64,000 nt of DNA from NCBI GenBank assembly GCA_037444665.1, contig JBBILZ010000003.1, positions 1 to 64,000 of the forward strand, written 5' to 3'. The stretch comes from a candidate division WOR-3 bacterium (GTDB lineage Bacteria; Hydrothermota; Tepidihabitantia; SM23-42; JAOAFX01). A program made the translations under genes and the position numbers. This document shows positions 62,595 to 64,000 of this stretch, one piece after another; within the stretch, counting starts at the first letter, position 1; each line of letters starts with the position of its first letter. Below the pieces are notes generated by a model, which searched no databases, had not been told where the DNA came from, and worked only from the letters and a program-made list of their open reading frames with translations.

Positions 62595-62802
62595 TGTCAT
62601 TCTGAGTCCGCCACTTTGTGTGGCGGACGAAGAATCTATCCCGGATTATTCATGCTCAATGCCTGTCCTGGCGCCAGGCCAGGGTCATTGCGAGCACACG
62701 CCGAAGGCGTGGGCGTGGCAATCCCAATTGAGATTCCTCGTTTCACTCGGAATGCCCCTTTGGGGCAGATTGCTTCGGTAACTTCTTTGCCTCGCAATGA
62801 CA
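62595..62802. repeat. nested RPE-like palindromic elements
   Basis: TGTCATTCTGAG...GAAGAATCT; GTCATTGCGAG...GCAATC ... AGATTGCTTCG...CTCGCAATGACA. Confidence 0.65.
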
Positions 62803-63123
62803 ATAGCAAAAACAGAATTTGTTGAATTGACGAATGGATTACAACATTAAATTTTTCTTGAAACCTGTCTATTCAGAAATATGATGTAAATGGGAAATAA
62901 TTATTCAACAGAGCAAAATAGGCTTGACAATAAAAAAATTTTGGATATAATTTGATACTTGGTCTTTGAAAATCGGTTCTTGATGGAAAATGGTTGACGC
63001 CTGTTCCTGTTTTGTGCATCAGGATATATCTGGTGCTTTTTAGGAGCCTGGTTAAAAAACATAATTTTATGGAACCAAATCGCAATCTTTTAGGATTCGG
63101 TTCTTTCAGGGGCGTCAGAAAAA

Positions 63124-63930
63124 TTACAATCTAAAATTTTTTAGGATTGCAGCGGAAGATGTATATTGATACGACACCTTGCTCAAAGGATTGTCTCCAG
63201 CGAGTCTTTCCTGTTCTTTTATCCAGTTTTCATTACGCACAATCTTTGCCTTTGTCTTTAGAACATTAATAAAATCATCAATTGTCTGGCGCTGCTTCTC
63301 TTCAATTGCCATTGGTCTCAATTGTTCTTTTACTGACTCATAATCTTTGTTGGGCAATTGGTCTTTGTATTGATTGAAAAAATCTTTCAATTCCTGTTCA
63401 CTGATAGTTACACTGTTAGCAATCTTTCTTAACAACAAATTTGCCATTATATCTTCTTTTTTATCTGGGTTCTGTTTAGCATATTCTTTAAAATCTTCCT
63501 GCTGGTCAATCTTCTGTTTCTTTGCCTCACTAATGAGCAGTTGCCTTGTTATTAATTCTTCAAGGAATTCGGGTTTGTCATCTTTATAATATTCTTTTAT
63601 CTGGGCAGGCATAATATTCAGCATGCTATCCAGTTGCTTTTTTGTTATTTTTTGGTTATCCACAATTGCCAGAACATCATCTGTCAATGCAGGGGGGTCA
63701 TCTGAAATATTCTTTTTTCCTGACTGGGCGATGGTATCTATGGGATTAGGATTTTTTTCAGATACATTTGGTTCATCTTTTTCTTGTATCTGCGTTGCTA
63801 TTGTATCCAGAACCTGTGTTTGAGCTTCGCTGGCAGGTTTTTCTGACTTCCTGCTCGTTACAGCAAATAAAATAATTAAGATTAATACGATAATCACACC
63901 TGTGATAATGTATTTTAACCTATTTGTCAT
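63124..63930 (-). CDS. membrane-anchored SurA/PrsA N-terminal-like chaperone domain protein, possibly C-terminally truncated
   Basis: TM helix; LAIVDNQKIT, LEELITRQLLISEAKK, LKTKAKI; AAGGAGAG RBS before ATG 63930 (frame is also open to the window edge). Confidence 0.65.
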   Translation of the reverse strand: MTNRLKYIITGVIIVLILIILFAVTSRKSEKPASEAQTQVLDTIATQIQEKDEPNVSEKNPNPIDTIAQSGKKNISDDPPALTDDVLAIVDNQKITKKQLDSMLNIMPAQIKEYYKDDKPEFLEELITRQLLISEAKKQKIDQQEDFKEYAKQNPDKKEDIMANLLLRKIANSVTISEQELKDFFNQYKDQLPNKDYESVKEQLRPMAIEEKQRQTIDDFINVLKTKAKIVRNENWIKEQERLAGDNPLSKVSYQYTSSAAILKNFRL

Positions 63931-64000
63931 ATTCTCTCCTTTCATCCAAATTAATAATTTGCCTAACCATTGTGATAATATCTTCTCTTTATCCACAATG

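Noticed and set aside
62616..63085. ORFs 62616..62825 and 62873..63085
   Set aside because: The first is the palindromic repeat itself; the second has no RBS or recognisable domain.
961..63823. Numerous short antisense or alternate-frame ORFs in the track
   Set aside because: They are shadows of well-supported genes with no independent signals.
1..64000. Genome-wide TGA recoding (code 4 or 25), suggested by two in-frame TGAs both followed by GGA
   Set aside because: Many intact genes end in TGA, often in ATGA overlaps (1613, 2233, 13883, 59099), and Trp is encoded by TGG elsewhere.

Overview
AT-rich bacterial chromosome segment using genetic code 11. Several secreted proteins carry T9SS/FlgD-Ig-like C-terminal domains, which suggests an FCB-related lineage such as WOR-3 (inference only). 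Housekeeping blocks: rocD, dapF, pgsA-like, recN, nadK, prmC, prfA, a Crp-family gene, tRNA-Arg(UCG), yraN, rnhB, rplS, trmD, khpA, rpsP, mltG, ruvX, and rlpA-ispE-tRNA-Gln-prs-rplY-pth. Most notable: (1) a minus-strand redox operon (49045-43146) that starts with an unannotated selenoprotein candidate (lipoprotein, in-frame UGA giving U-G-F-C, followed by a SECIS-like hairpin) and continues with a TlpA-type thioredoxin, a DUF6029-like protein, a 46-aa membrane CxxC protein, a NapH-like polyferredoxin, a membrane-anchored GltD-like flavoprotein and a GAF/fRMsr protein; (2) two tandem paralogous non-canonical class III nucleotidyl-cyclase proteins coupled to a diguanylate cyclase; (3) a four-gene DUF6754-like membrane cluster; (4) a SAM-I riboswitch over an archaeal-type homocysteine operon; (5) a secreted M6-like protease gene interrupted by a (CTAT)4 microsatellite and an in-frame TGA; (6) a small defence-like islet; (7) several probably leaderless transcripts and REP/RPE-like intergenic repeats. 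Family assignments come from motif recognition, not database searches.
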